Assembly (NCBI RefSeq): GCF_000143415.4
Contig: NW_003314272.1
Location: 592,184 to 656,183 of the forward strand
Source: Selaginella moellendorffii
Taxonomy: Eukaryota; Plantae; Lycopodiophyta
Direction: 5' to 3'
DNA length: 64,000 nucleotides
Shown here: piece after piece, positions 1 through 12,700 of the stretch
Numbering within the stretch: the first letter of the stretch is position 1
Layout: every line of letters starts with the position of its first letter
Translations under genes and position numbers: made by a program
The notes under the pieces: generated by a model
Databases searched by the model: none
What the model was told of the DNA's origin: nothing
What the model saw: the letters and a program-made list of their open reading frames with translations, nothing else

Positions 1-3000
1 TTGAAGTTTGCCATGAGGCAAGGCTATCAAGGTTAGGGAAGTAGTTCCCGAGTGTTCAAAGAGAGGGCTTTGAACGAAAGTTGATGATCAAGGGCTTTCA
101 CGCTTGTGCAGGAACCATGTTACAGTGGTCGAAGGACTTGCCAAAGCGAGATTGGCAAGTCAGGGGAACAAATACCCTAGTTGAAGGTGATAACTTCAAA
201 AAGGGTGGGCCATGGGGCCAAGCATGGAGGAGTCCATGCATGATCACAGACTTGTCAAGTGAGAGGACTTGGCAATGTGGAGGAACTAGGTTCCTAAGCT
301 GTGATCTATAGCGTGCTTTGGGTATAAGTTGGTGCACCGGCATGGGGAGTCATACCAGGCATCCTGGGTGATGCCGTCCGTAGATGCATATACGGAGGTT
401 GGGTTCGAGTCCCGACCTTCTAGTGCTTGGGTTCAAGTCCCAAATCACTAGGGCGTGGTGATGGTTTGGAATATGAGGACACTCATATTTCGGTGGTCAT
501 GGACTCTCAGTGAGGGGACTGGTTTGGGCACACTGCCAAGCGAGGGATGCCTCGGAGTCATGATGCACGGTTAGATTGCTTAGAGTAAAAGCTCGGCATA
601 TCTAACTTGAACACTTTGGTGCAAAGGGCACCAAGGACGTGGTGAATGAGATGGGGACACCCAAGTCTTAGTTGCTATGGATCCTTGGCCGGAAGGGCTG
701 GCTTGGGCGCACCGTCAAGTGTGGGGGATGCCCCCGGGGTCATAGTTAACAACTTAGAAGGGTCTGGAAGACCTAGCCCCTATTGATAAACCTATTAAAG
801 GGTCAAGATAAGATCACTAGGTGATCTTGTGGCTAAACAAGGACAAAGTCTTTGTTTGGGTTAAGGAATATGATTCCTAGTTCAAAGTGTTGATTTGAAC
901 CATTGATAAACGTGTGGCTTGGTTGAGGTGACCAAGTGGGAAGCACACCTAAGGGAAATGAGCTATGTCAATGCTATGGCATAGTAAATCCAAGGAAAGT
1001 AGTCTCTATAAAAGATCCAAGGGAGGGTCTCAAAAAGTTGGGCCGTGGATAGAGCCCACGACAGAAAATGTTAAAGAGACGTACTAGGGGTGAACACCCT
1101 TTGGACTTAGCAAAGCAAAGTGTTTGCTATGGAACCAAAAGGAAACCTCAAAAATGGAGGTAGCGATCCTATATTGCTTGGTGCAACAATCCAAGGATAG
1201 GAGCAAAAGATGAGTGCCCAAGATAGGGCCGTGGAATCCATTGGAAAGAATCCAAGTGGCAAAGTTAGCCAAGGAACACTAATGTGTTTGATGCTAACGA
1301 ATTGCGGAAAAAGAAGTGGACTTCCAAGGATGGATTCCCAAGTGCTCCAATTTGGCAAAAGAAAGGCTCTAAGTGAGGGAGCAACTAAGTAGCCAAAAGA
1401 TAGGGCCGTGGACAGCCCTAGCACAAATAATGATAAATGGAACCTAATGCCAATGGTGGCACAAAAATAGAAAAGAGGATGAGGGTGCCCTTGAGTAGAG
1501 AACTTCCTAGGAGGGGAAGTGGAGTTGCACAAAATGTGCAAGGCAAGGTGTCAGAGATACCTAGGAAATTGACTCCAAGAAGTCAAAAGTAAACATTCCA
1601 AAGTGCAAAGGTAGATCAATGGAATCTGTGACTACTCAAGAATGAGTAGTGGAATTGAGTTAGAGAGGGTGCCTCTAACGGGTTTAGCGAGAACTAAACC
1701 AATAAATGGAAAAAACCACCTCAAGTGGTCCAATCAGTTTCTAAGTTGGAGAGACTATCCTCCTTAGAGGATGGACAAGGCATGGTGAGCCTTCGGGGTC
1801 AAACCATAGACAAATATTGGCCGGGTGCCAAGGATGGGAATGGTAATACCTGCGGGTGTTACTTTATAAAAGGGTTTACCGTTCGATGAGGACATCGAAC
1901 TTCGTCTATGGGTGGTGGAGTTGTTGTGAGACACAAAATCCCTAGGCCCCAAAGTGGAGCTGGAAAGGGTGCCACGTGATAGTGGCCGAAGCGAAAACCA
2001 AACGAGCGTAACACGTTTGGAATAAAAGCTCCGACTTGGAAGGTCAAGAGCAGGAGTGGAACTCCCAACAAAGTCCTCAAGGAGCGAGCACGAAGCGAGC
2101 AATAAGCAAGGCTCCAAAAAAGGGACCCAAAAAGGACCAACACATGACACGTGGAAGTGTCTAAGATGGAGTCCAAGACGGACCCTAGTTGGAGTCCAAG
2201 ATGGACCCGAAGTAGAGTCCGATATGGAGTCCGAAGTGGAGTCCGATATGGAGTCCGAGATGGACCCGAAGTGGAGTCTGATATGGAGTCCGAAGTGGAG
2301 TCCGAGATGGAGTCCGATATGGAGTCCGAGATGGACCCGAAGTGGAGTCCGATATAGAGTCTGAAGTGGAGTCCGAGATGGAGTCCAATATGGAGTCCGA
2401 GATGGACCCGAAGTGGAGTCCGATATGGAGTCTGAAGTGGAGTCCGAGATGGAGTCCAATATGGAGTCCAAGGTGGGCCGAAGTGGAGTCCGAGGTGGAC
2501 CAAGACGGAGTCCGAGATGGACCCGAGATGGAGCCCGAGATGCAGCCCGAGATGGACCAAGACGGAGCCCGAGATGGAGTCTGAGATGGAGTCCGAGGTT
2601 GAGACCGAGATCGGGACCGAGACCGAGACCGAGACCGAGACCGGGACCGAGACCGGGACTGAGACCAGGACCGAGGCCAAGGCTGAGACCGAGCCCAAGT
2701 CCGAGTCTGAGTCCGAGTTCGAGTCCGAGTCCGAGTCCGAGTCCGAGTCCGAGTTCGAGTCTGAGAGGGTGAAAGCCCAAAGCGTTCGTCTCCCAGACCC
2801 TGGGGGGTTTGGTGAGCTCCAAAAGTATAGTGAGGGGGAGGACTGCAGTGGAGCCAGTTTGGCCAGGAAAGGCCAATTTGGCCCAGGAAGGCCAGACCCA
2901 GTGTTGGGTGATGAACTGACCACTAGGAAGTCCAAGACTAGAGTGAATACGGACCGACAAGTGGGGTAGCTTGGTGAAGTGTTCAAGAGCTGGCTCTAGT

Positions 3001-3720
3001 TCCCCCGGGAGATCGACTGGCCGATGCTCCCAGTCCAAGTGTGGGTGGCACTACCTACTTGGATACCAGGTGTGGCTCAACGGAACCTCGCTCTAAGCCC
3101 ATGGCTAGAGCACCTAAAGGCGAAAGGCAGGGAGAGTACCCAGGTGGCTCGCGTAAGGCCACGGTGTTCCGAAATGTTGTCCCAAAGGGCTAGACTGTGG
3201 AAAGGAAGAGGAGCAGTCCTTTGGGGTAGTGACCAAGGACACAATCGTGTGGTGAGGAAGTCCCAGAGGACCATGGGACTTAGGGGTTGGGCCTGTGGGC
3301 CTCGATCCAGTGGCAGTGTTGGCAAACACGGCCAGGGGTAGAAAGGGACTTGCTAGGAACTGACAAAGGGACTTTGGGGAAGGCAATTCCCCAGATCTGT
3401 GGGCATCCTAAGGATGCTAAGGAGTGGATCTAGGATGACCACTCGTGGACAGATGGCCCAGTCTTGGAGAGATGGGATTGTGATGCAAGTGGTAGTGGAC
3501 CACTAGTGCAGCAAAGGTGAATGGGCATGGCCTTAGCGTAACGGGCCGAGATGTCAGTGGTACCTTTGGGTGTCGGTCTTGGGACCGGACACAAGGAGCA
3601 CTTAGACCAGGTGCAAGTGTTGAGTGGCATAGATGCCATTCTTGGGGCTAGCAAGTCCCAAGTCCTGAATTGGACTTATGGAGGTTGTGAATGAGACTCC
3701 TCCAAGTGGTCGGAGGTGTG
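1..3720 (+). mobile_element. Degenerate repeat-derived region, probably internal part of an LTR retroelement or non-autonomous derivative
   Basis: No intact ORF, G-rich + strand. TGTTACA at 118-124 is followed by G-TGGTCGAAGG (LTR-end/PBS-like junction). Internal imperfect repeats: GGGTTCRAGTCCC at ~401 and ~429, GGGCCGTGGA at ~1040/1226/1403. Weak gag-like IPQICGHPKDAKEWI near 3385-3430. Confidence 0.35.
2165..2765. repeat. Composite minisatellite: 11-12 bp GGAGTCCGA(G/T/AG)AT units in 59/71-bp higher-order repeats, grading into (GAGACC)n then (GAGTCC)n
   Basis: ATGGACCCGAAGT recurs at ~2201, 2260, 2331 and 2402. Hexamer tracts lie at ~2600-2690 and ~2697-2764. This explains the SD/LG/ES-repeat ORFs in several frames. 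Confidence 0.95.
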
Positions 3721-5552
3721 GTTAAGTGACTAAAGTAGAATGGAAAAATTAGTCCCGAAAAATTAGTCCCACAGAAATGTATACGATGCCAACAAGAAAA
3801 AGTAAAGTAGTTAAATTTATTAGTACGATCTCCAAGCACAAACAGGGTAAAATAAGTTTTTCTTAAACACTTGAGTGTGAAATTCTCTCCATGAAATATA
3901 TTATTGCACTTGCAAAGGAATATATAGTCAAAATAAAAGGTGGAGAATATATAATTGCCATTTAAGACATTCTTTCTTACACATATATAAACTTTATGAA
4001 GTGTGATAAACATAGGAAGGCATATACTCTTTACTACATTTTTATCAACACTTTACACTAGGATACTAAAGTGGATATTCATATACACCAAGCAAAAGTT
4101 ACTATTTCTAAATTATAGAAAACTTTCAAAGTTAATTAGATTTATCAAGACTATTGATGTTTATTCTCCATCAATAATATAAATTTAATAAATTTTATAT
4201 AATTGACTAAAACATATTTTTTCATTTCACTTTTCATTTCATATACTTAAAAATATTCTTTTTGCAATATTACCCATAGTATTTGTGGGTTTTCATTTTT
4301 GTCTTAACCATCTTAAAAAAATATTTTATGGTATTTTTTGGGTGTGTGATATTGCAATGTGTCACAAGAGCATATATACCATCATATTGATTATCATCAA
4401 TATTTCCATCAGCAACCAAAAAATATATGAGATATTTTTTGAAAGTCATAAAATTATAGTTTTCTAAAATAAATAAAAATGCATTATTTTTCACCTAATT
4501 TGCTACACCCTTTATCATTGTGTTTATTTCCAACTCATGATTACTATCCTCGTTATCCTCTTTTTCTTTTTCTTATATGGTTTGATTATGTTGTGCAATA
4601 GGATAGCTATTATAGCTTTTAACCCTTGAGAAAAAAGATTGTAAGAGTTAAAATCACAAACACTAAAACCCACAAATATTTATGTGTATTTCCCTCTCTA
4701 TTCTAGAAAAGAACTGAATCTCTTTTTGGTTTGCTTAAGCAAACCTATAGGGGGACTGGGATGGTAGTGAATATATCTAGAATATGCTTGGATATTCTGG
4801 GATATTCTGGGATATTCTACCATCTAACGGTTGGTATTCATTTAGATTAATCTGGTATTTATAATTTATAAACATATTTATAATTTATAAACTTTCCTAA
4901 ACCCTTTTTAGTATATTCTTTTTTATTCTATTATCTAATGGAATAAGATTAATCTTGTGTTTATAAATTAGCAACATGCTTATAATTATAAACTTTATTT
5001 GATCAATTAGATTAATAAGTAATAATAAAACTACCATTAAGCAAACCAAGTGTTGCTACATACAACGCATAGCAATTTATTTATCTTACATTAATGGTTG
5101 TTTTTTTCCTTTTAAATAGTTTAGAATCTTATTTTAAATTAATAATTTTAAAATTCTGATAAACTTGATATTTACTAGCTAGAAAATACAAAGTACAGAT
5201 TTAAAAAGTGATAAAAATACTTTTTCTATAAACATCATATTTCATAATATCTCTATTATGGTGTGTAGTAAATATTTAAATTGTTAAAACAGGAAGTGTT
5301 CTTTAAAACATTTTTATCTATATAATGTGTAGAGAGTTCTGAAATTATTAAATTCACTATAACCTTAATATTTTAAAGTTTATATTGTTTATATTAAAAT
5401 AAACTGAAACTTAAGCCCAACTCATGAACTCAACTCTTTAGATATTGACCTCAATAATGGTCTACACTCCTGAAAAGGATATTGTATCAAAGAAGAGGAG
5501 AAGAGAACTTCATCATGAAGAAGGATTAGCTAATATATTGGGAAACCAACTC

Positions 5553-5898
5553 TGAGGCTGAGCTATGTGCCATTCGTTAGTTTCATCCAAATTGACTTAG
5601 TGGTTAAGAATATTTATGAATTAATATGTTTAAGATTAATTTAAATGTATATCCAAGCATATTCAAGCTAAACCAATTATAAAACAACAAATAATTATAG
5701 TAAATGAGATTAAGTTCTGAAACGAATTTTTTCCATTTTGCTTTCTCCCTTTTACTTTGTTTGACTGTCGTGAAAAGTTTCACACTGCGGTTTGCCAACT
5801 AATGCGTCATAAATTCAAGTGCTTTTACCTAAACAAACCAGTCTGCTGCTCCAATGGCGTCGAAAGGAACTCGCTCTGCTCCATAACGAGCCCACACT
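5553..5898 (-). repeat. Left arm of ~345-bp inverted duplication (copy of kinase-gene 3' end plus 3' flank)
   Basis: Its reverse complement matches 7910-8259, including the CGLVMEQS..EFLSTPLEQQTGLFR* coding end (9-nt deletion) and the AT-rich flank. Confidence 0.93.
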
Positions 5899-6234
5899 TG
5901 ATTTCTCGAATTTTGGCTGATTGTGATGATCGGGAGGACCTAAGGCGCCATGCTGAAGAACGCGCATAAGGTGGCTCTTGGAGATGGTGTTGGAGTGCAC
6001 GGAGATGCACGGGATCCAAATGTCGTAATCAGGAAGAAAGACGCGGGCATGCAAGTGGCGTTTATAGACTTCGACTGGGCGGGTATTCACCTCGAGACAA
6101 AATACCCATTTTTTATGAACCATGCAACTGTTACCTGGCCGGCTGGCGCAGCTGACAACCGTGTCATGACGCAGGAGCAGGACTTGGCGTTGCTAGAAAC
6201 GCCATTCGAGCAGCGAACTGGACTTTATGAATGA
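5899..6234 (+). pseudogene. 3' fragment of a paralogous kinase-like gene (HGDARDPN...FIDFDWAG...KYP)
   Basis: ORF 5950-6234 is a clear paralog of 7414-7992. It is truncated 5' by the inverted arm and frameshifted near 5945. Confidence 0.85.
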
Positions 6235-6406
6235 TAGCTCATCAAGTTTGAAGTTTGATATTAATACGATCAATCGATTCTGAAATGCTGTGCGGCTTTT
6301 GCATAGATCACAATCCTGGAAACGGGAAGGTGGCAAGAGGTAGAGAGTAGTACAGCTATGACAGTTAAGGCGCTTCTACACCTCCTATACCCTAAACCCT
6401 AACCCG

Positions 6407-7992
6407 GTGATGAGGATGGAAGAGCGAGTGAGAGTGCGGGTCCTTGGCGCCGGCGAGACCGCCGCGAAGGGTTTACTATTTGACGAAGACGGGGATGTGG
6501 TGACCGAGCAAAGCGACCTCCCTTTCGGCAACTACACATATAAACTCGGTACGTCTCTCATATCATTTCTCGCTCGACCCAGAATTACACTTTCTTTGTA
6601 GACTTCAAATTTGCCGATTCGTGCATTTTCAACAACGGGCCGAAGGATCTGGAGAACAGCGAGGTCCTGGCAAATCTGCAGAAGAGCAGCGAGCCCAAGT
6701 TTCTCAACTGCAGGCCATCCCATGCTACGCCTCCAATCCCTCTCCAACTCGTTCATCCAGTCTTTGGTCACTTCATCGACTTGACTCGCGACGAGCAAGC
6801 TCCTCGGCTGGGAGACATCGAGTTCGTGGTGGAGCTTGCGAACCTTTCCTCGGTTTACCACTCGGAGGACACCAAGCTAAGACGCGCTGTTCACAGGCTC
6901 TTCTCCAGGTACCTGGACATTCCCTGCCGGGAGACGCTCACGATTAGCGACAGCTGGGAAGCTCATCTTGCCATGATGGTGAGCGTCTTCTTCTAGTCTC
7001 TTGTTCTCTCACGCTAGTCTTTCTATCTCTCCAGAGTCGCTCCAAGAACAAGAGCCTGACTGCTATAGGTGAAGTGAGGCTCAAGAACAATCTTGCTTCG
7101 TATGCCCATGGCTTTCACTGCTACGCACTCTTCTGGGACATGGTGGGAGCCAAGGAGCGCTACATAGACACTTGTTATCCAGCGTTTCTCATGGAGCTTG
7201 TTGGCTGCAATCTAAGGATTAGCGCCATGGCGAAGCTCGACAAGGTGGTGTGCCAGCCTCTCACGCACTTTGTCAACCTGTTGCCAATCCAGGGCTTGGA
7301 TCCAGACATGGTAAGCGACGCTGTGCGTGTTTTGGTCGCCTTCAAGCGCTGCCTCGGGCTGCTAGACGACTACTATTGGAACGCTCCGGCCGGGGGAGAG
7401 GCAGCTCTGGAACATGGACGTTCCATATCCGCTGCATGAAGCAGGGAAGGTGGTGAAGCAGTTTGGGAATACGCTTGTCTATCTGGTGGAGCCTTTGGGC
7501 GTGGTGAAGCTGGCCAAGAGATACGGAGTGGAGGTCCATCGCGCGTGGGCTGCTGCTGGCTTTGTTCCGGCGCTCTACCAGGTTAGAGCGCTGGCTGGTG
7601 GATGGATGGAGGTGAAAATGGAGTATCTGGGACGGGAGAACGGGTGGGAGATGCTGGCCGAGTGTGAAGACGCGGACGAGCTGAGGGAGCAAGCTGTTGC
7701 CGCGCTGCGAAGCGCTCATGGCGTTCCAGTATCGTCTAATGGCGGGGTCGGAGTCCATGGAGATGCCAGGGACGTCAATGTGATGGTCAGGCGCCGAGAT
7801 GGAGGAGTGGAAGTGAGATTCATCGATTTCGACTGGGCGAGCATACATGGAGAGGGGCGGTATCCTCCCTTCATGAACGTTGTGGAAGTCCAGTGGCCTC
7901 GAGGGGCCGAGTGTGGGCTCGTTATGGAGCAGAGCCATGATGTGGAGTTCCTTTCGACGCCATTGGAGCAGCAGACTGGTTTGTTTAGGTGA
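6407..7992 (+). pseudogene. Fungal/Crinkler-type REase-like + protein-kinase-like gene; one-base frameshift in G5 run at 7392-7396
   Basis: Exons ~6407-6548, 6602-6978, 7034-7992 with GT-AG introns. Motifs: CRPSHATPPIPLQLVHPVFGHF, AIGEVRLKN, CYPAFLMELVG, VKLAKRYGVEVH, HGDARDVNVMV, FIDFDWA, RYP. Removing one G joins the frames as NAPAGERQLWNMDVPYP. Confidence 0.75.
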
Positions 7993-8259
7993 AAGCACTT
8001 GAATTTAAGACGCATTAGTTGGCAAACCGCAGTGTGAAACTATTCACGACAGTCAAAGAAAGTAAAATGGAGAAAGCAAAATGGAAAGAACTCAATCTCA
8101 TTTCACTATAATTATTGGATATTAGATATCGCATTTAAATTAATCTTAAACATATCTATAATTCATAAACATTCTTAAACACCAAGTCAATTTGGATGAA
8201 TGTTATTTAATTTAATTTTAGTGTTTTACCCACTAACAAATGGCACATAGCTCAGCCTC
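7910..8259 (+). repeat. Right arm of inverted duplication
   Basis: Reverse-complement match to 5553-5898. Confidence 0.93.
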
Positions 8260-9772
8260 TGGGCTCGCGTACTCTGTTGGAGGTTGAAGGCCTACAACCT
8301 TGGCATTCTGGTTGAGCAAAGGGCATGAAAAAGATGAAATCACATGGGTACTTGCTCTTTTACCATTTAGTACAGACTCTTTGGAATTTGTTATTTGTTA
8401 TTTGCTTCATCCAAACACTTTTGTTTGACCGTAAATCGTGCATTTTCTGAAAAGTTACCTACTAAGGACATCCTTAAGCGTATTTTTCCTTCTTAATTCA
8501 ATTAGATCAATTTCTTGCTCCAAATCTTTACAGCCTCGTCCAGAACAGCATGAAATGGCTATTTATTCTTAGTGATGTTGTTTAATACCCCAGGTTTTAA
8601 TTGATGGGGATTGTTCTTGTCAAGGACAACTAAGCTTAGAGGTAAGGTTGTCATTCTAAGGTTAATGACTTCTTTTTATCCTTCTTCTCTTTCTACATTC
8701 TCCTTTGATCCATGTACTGTTTAAAGGTTTGAAGAAATGTGGTGAGAGTTGCTAATCTTTTTCAAATGTTTTGTTAGCCTGGTTAGATATTTACATAAGT
8801 TGGATAACAATATGTTTTATATTAATGTATTATTTTGTGTTTACTTGCATAAAGTTAAAATAACAGATTTGCATGGAAGAAATTATGTAAAATGCACAAT
8901 AGTAAAGCTCAAAGAAAAGATTCTAAAAAAAATATAATTGTTGAGACTAATATATATAACATAAATAAGAATTGATTTCATTGTCCAAATGGATTTTGCA
9001 AATTAATTTCTATTATACACCTCAACTTTTTTTGAAGTATAAAAGAATTTTATTCTTTTGAAACTTAGGAGAAGTAATTGTTGAATTTGTATGATGAAAT
9101 CTATAGTAATAGATATGCACCATCTAGGAATATAATTTTTGTTACTTGATAAACATTCTTCCTAGGATCCATAACAAACATTCTAGTGTTGCCACATGGC
9201 ATTTCAAAATCTATTAAATCTTTATAAGGTTATTTAAAGCTTAGTTTTGGCTGTGGCTTTATGGAGTTGTGTAATTTGGTTTTGTGTGATCTGGGGTAGG
9301 ATTTTGAAGACGCACACACACATATATATATATACCATTTAAAAGTTTTATTTATATATGTTTATGGTTCTTTTTTTGTTTTATTTTATTTTTTAAAAAC
9401 AAAATTAAAATCCTAATTTACCAAATTTTTTTATATTTTTTGTTTTAACTATCTAAATACTCAATGTTTTTATGAATATATTTTATGTATAGTCTGAAAA
9501 AAATATAGTTAAACGAGCTAATTTAAGAAGTAAAATCCTTGTTTTGCAATGTGAATATTTCTTATTAATATAACATATATATATATATATATAATTATAT
9601 ATGTGTGTGTGTTTTGTTATGTATATATATATATTGTTATGCCACACATGTTTCAAAAATAAATAAAGACAAGTTTTATACTTTGAAAAAAACAGTGGCA
9701 GAATATCCTTTGTGTTTATTTTAAGATTTTGTTTAAACCAGGGCTACCTATCCTAGGGGTTTTTATTCGTCG

Positions 9773-12700
9773 ATGCCAATGGAAGGCAACGAGGCGGCGG
9801 CGGCCACGGGGGATGGAGGAATCAGCGCAAGGAGCTCCGGATCGTCCCATTCCAGCTCCGATTCAGCGACTCCCAATCGCCGTCGCAAGCGCGCCTTTCT
9901 AGGTTCGAAATCCGTGGCCAGCGACGCTGCTGTCTCAGATCTTCCCCTGGCGCTCACTCGCCCCGTGAGGAATGCCCGGCTGCGCAACTATTACCCCGAC
10001 TACTCCATCTACAGTGGTATGCCGGCGCGTAGGGCAAAGGCCAGGGCCAAATCCAGCAAGAATCGCGGCTCCATGAAGCAGCGCCTCGCGAAGATGCTCA
10101 AGCCGCGCCACAGCGTAAGCGAAATCTTGTCTTTCGAGGTTTTTTCTGAGAGATATCCTGGGATTTCTCGCCAGAATATCGACGGAGGAGGCCATCACTT
10201 GCGACGCTCAACGAGGAACCGGCGGATGTCTGTGCTCTACGATGATTACAGTGACGAGGAAGATGAAGAGGAGATTGTGGTGAGTCATTGAGAGAGTTTT
10301 TCTTTTAAGTAGCATCCACAACTCATTTTAAATTGTTGATTGGTAGCACAGCGCAGTTATCGTTCTAAGTCGGATGAGCATGCCAATTCCACCAAGAAAT
10401 CCAGCGGCAGCATTGCGGCTCCTCGAAGAGAAGGCTTGAGGCCCCGGAATTCGTCACAGCGTTTTGAGAGGCAGAGGGTAGTGGAGTCGTCGCAGGAATC
10501 GGCGGATGACCACGAGACATCGGACGAGGACGCTGAGGAAGGAGAGGATGGAGAAGAGGACGACGATCTCGAGTCCGGGGAAGAGGAAGACGAAGGAGAA
10601 GACGGCGTCGCTGGAGAACAGGAAAAAGAAGTGGAGGCGGCCGGGGGTGACGAAGATGGCGAAGAAGAGGAGGAGGAGGAAGAGGAGGAACTAGAGGAAA
10701 GAGATGGAAAACGCAGGTACGAGCTACGCGCTCGCACAGAAACCCAGAGATCTCCTCCGAAAGGAGACGTGACGACGCCACAGAAGGTTTTCCTCGCCGA
10801 GACGGAAAAGAAGCGGAGTCGCGAAGGTGGTCGCTCTGCGTCGAGGCCGCTCAAACGGCGGCGCAGGGAAGAAGACTCTGATGACTCGCTTCTGGTGGAC
10901 GAGATGGAACAGGGTCCGGGGTTTTTTGGTGCCAGAGGTGGTGCTCGGGGACCTCATCCATTTCTTCCTCCTACTTTGGATATGCACGGTTCAACGAACT
11001 GGGGTCTAGGAGTAGCTGCTAGCGGGTGGGGACACCAGGGCGACTTCTTGGGACTAGGATTAGCTAATACAGGGACACAGACAGCCGGAGCTAGCTCTAA
11101 AGGTGGTGCGGACATACAACCAGTCCAGGTTGATGACACCGTCAGTTTTGATCAGGTTGGGGGCCTCTCACACTACATTGATTCGCTCAAGGAGATGGTT
11201 TTCTTCCCCTTGCTTTACCCAAAGTTCTTCGAGAGCTATCACATCACTCCTCCCAGAGGTGTACTCCTCTGTGGGCCTCCAGGTACTGGCAAGACGCTGG
11301 TCGCCAGGGCATTGGCTAGTGCTGCGGCACGGGCTGGCCAAAAGGTGAACTTTTACATGCGCAAGGGTGCAGACGTGCTGAGCAAATGGGTCGGGGAAGC
11401 TGAACGGCAACTACGGATGCTCTTCGAAGAGGCTCAAAGGTGTCAGCCTTCGATTATATTTTTCGACGAGATTGACGGCTTGGCCCCCGTGCGGTCCAGT
11501 AAGAGCGAGCAAATACACAACTCTATCGTCTCGACCCTTTTAGCTCTGATGGACGGGCTTGATTCTCGGGGTCAGGTGGTGGTTATCGGCGCGACAAACC
11601 GGATAGATGCCATAGACGGAGCACTCAGACGTCCAGGACGCTTCGACCGTGAGTTCGTTTTCCCTCTACCGGACTCCGGTGCTCGAGCAGAGATTTTGGA
11701 TATTCATACGAAAAGTTGGCACAGACGACCTTCTACAGAGCTTCGGGACGAGTTGGCTGCTGCCTGCGTGGGATACTGCGGTGCGGACTTGAAGGCTTTG
11801 TGTACTGAAGCAGCTATTCGGGCATTTCGGCAGCGTTATCCACAGGTTTATACCAGTGATGAACAATTTGTCATCGACGCAGATTCCATCCGTGTCCAAA
11901 AGTCTCACTTCTACGAAGCCATGTCTGCCATCACGCCTGCAGCGCACAGGGGAACATTAGTACATTCGAGGCCCCTCCCTCCAATGCTCGTGCCTTGTTT
12001 AAACGGGCAGCTTCAGACGGTCGTAGCTGCATTGTCAGACATTTTCCCGCTACTAAGCAATCCAGATGGCGATGAGAGCTCGGAGAATCTAACCAGGCTA
12101 TTTGGCACGCACACTGGCATGATATTTCCTACGGTATACAAGCCAAGGTATCTGCTGTGTGGCACTGATAGCTCGGGACTTGTAAGTATGCTTCAGTGTG
12201 TTCGTTGCGATCTTTACTTACAAAGGCTTTTACATACAGGACCACTTAGGACCTGCATTGCTACACAAGCTGGAGAGATTTCCTGTACATTCTCTTGGAC
12301 TTCCTTCCCTCTTATCCGATCCGAGTGCCAAAACCCCCGAGGAGGCACTAGTTCACATCTTCGGGGAAGCGAGAAGAAATACTCCGTCAATCCTATATTT
12401 ACCTCATTTCGATTCGTGGTGGGAAACGGTAAGTGGTGATCATTTTCTTTAGTTGCATACAAGTGTTTATTCTTTTGTAGGCGCAAGAACAGCTACGCAC
12501 GGTGTTGTTGATGCTTTTGGCCGATTTACCTTCCAATCTCCCGTTATTGTTACTTGGAACATCCTCAGCTCGAAAGAGCGAACTAGACGACGAAGCCTGT
12601 TCCGTGTTTGGTCGTCACATGTAAGCTTAGTCGCATATATGCAGCCAGTTTTTTAATTGCTGATTGATGTGTGGTGTAGCTACGAAGTACAAGTTCCAAC

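Noticed and set aside
398-445. GGTTCGAGTCCC tRNA T-loop/B-box-like motif, twice
   Set aside because: No cloverleaf or A-box could be built around it.
1764-3038. Long ORFs with SD/LG/ES repeats resembling staphylococcal Sdr adhesins
   Set aside because: Produced in several frames by a stop-free satellite; no signal peptide, LPXTG or other domain.
5553-8259. Pack-MULE interpretation of the inverted arms
   Set aside because: The arms contain the gene's own coding end and no 9-11 bp TSD is visible; kept only as an inverted duplication.
9300-9660. AT-rich segment with (TA)n/(CA)n ends as a MITE
   Set aside because: The apparent terminal symmetry comes mainly from self-complementary microsatellites; no convincing TIR or TSD.
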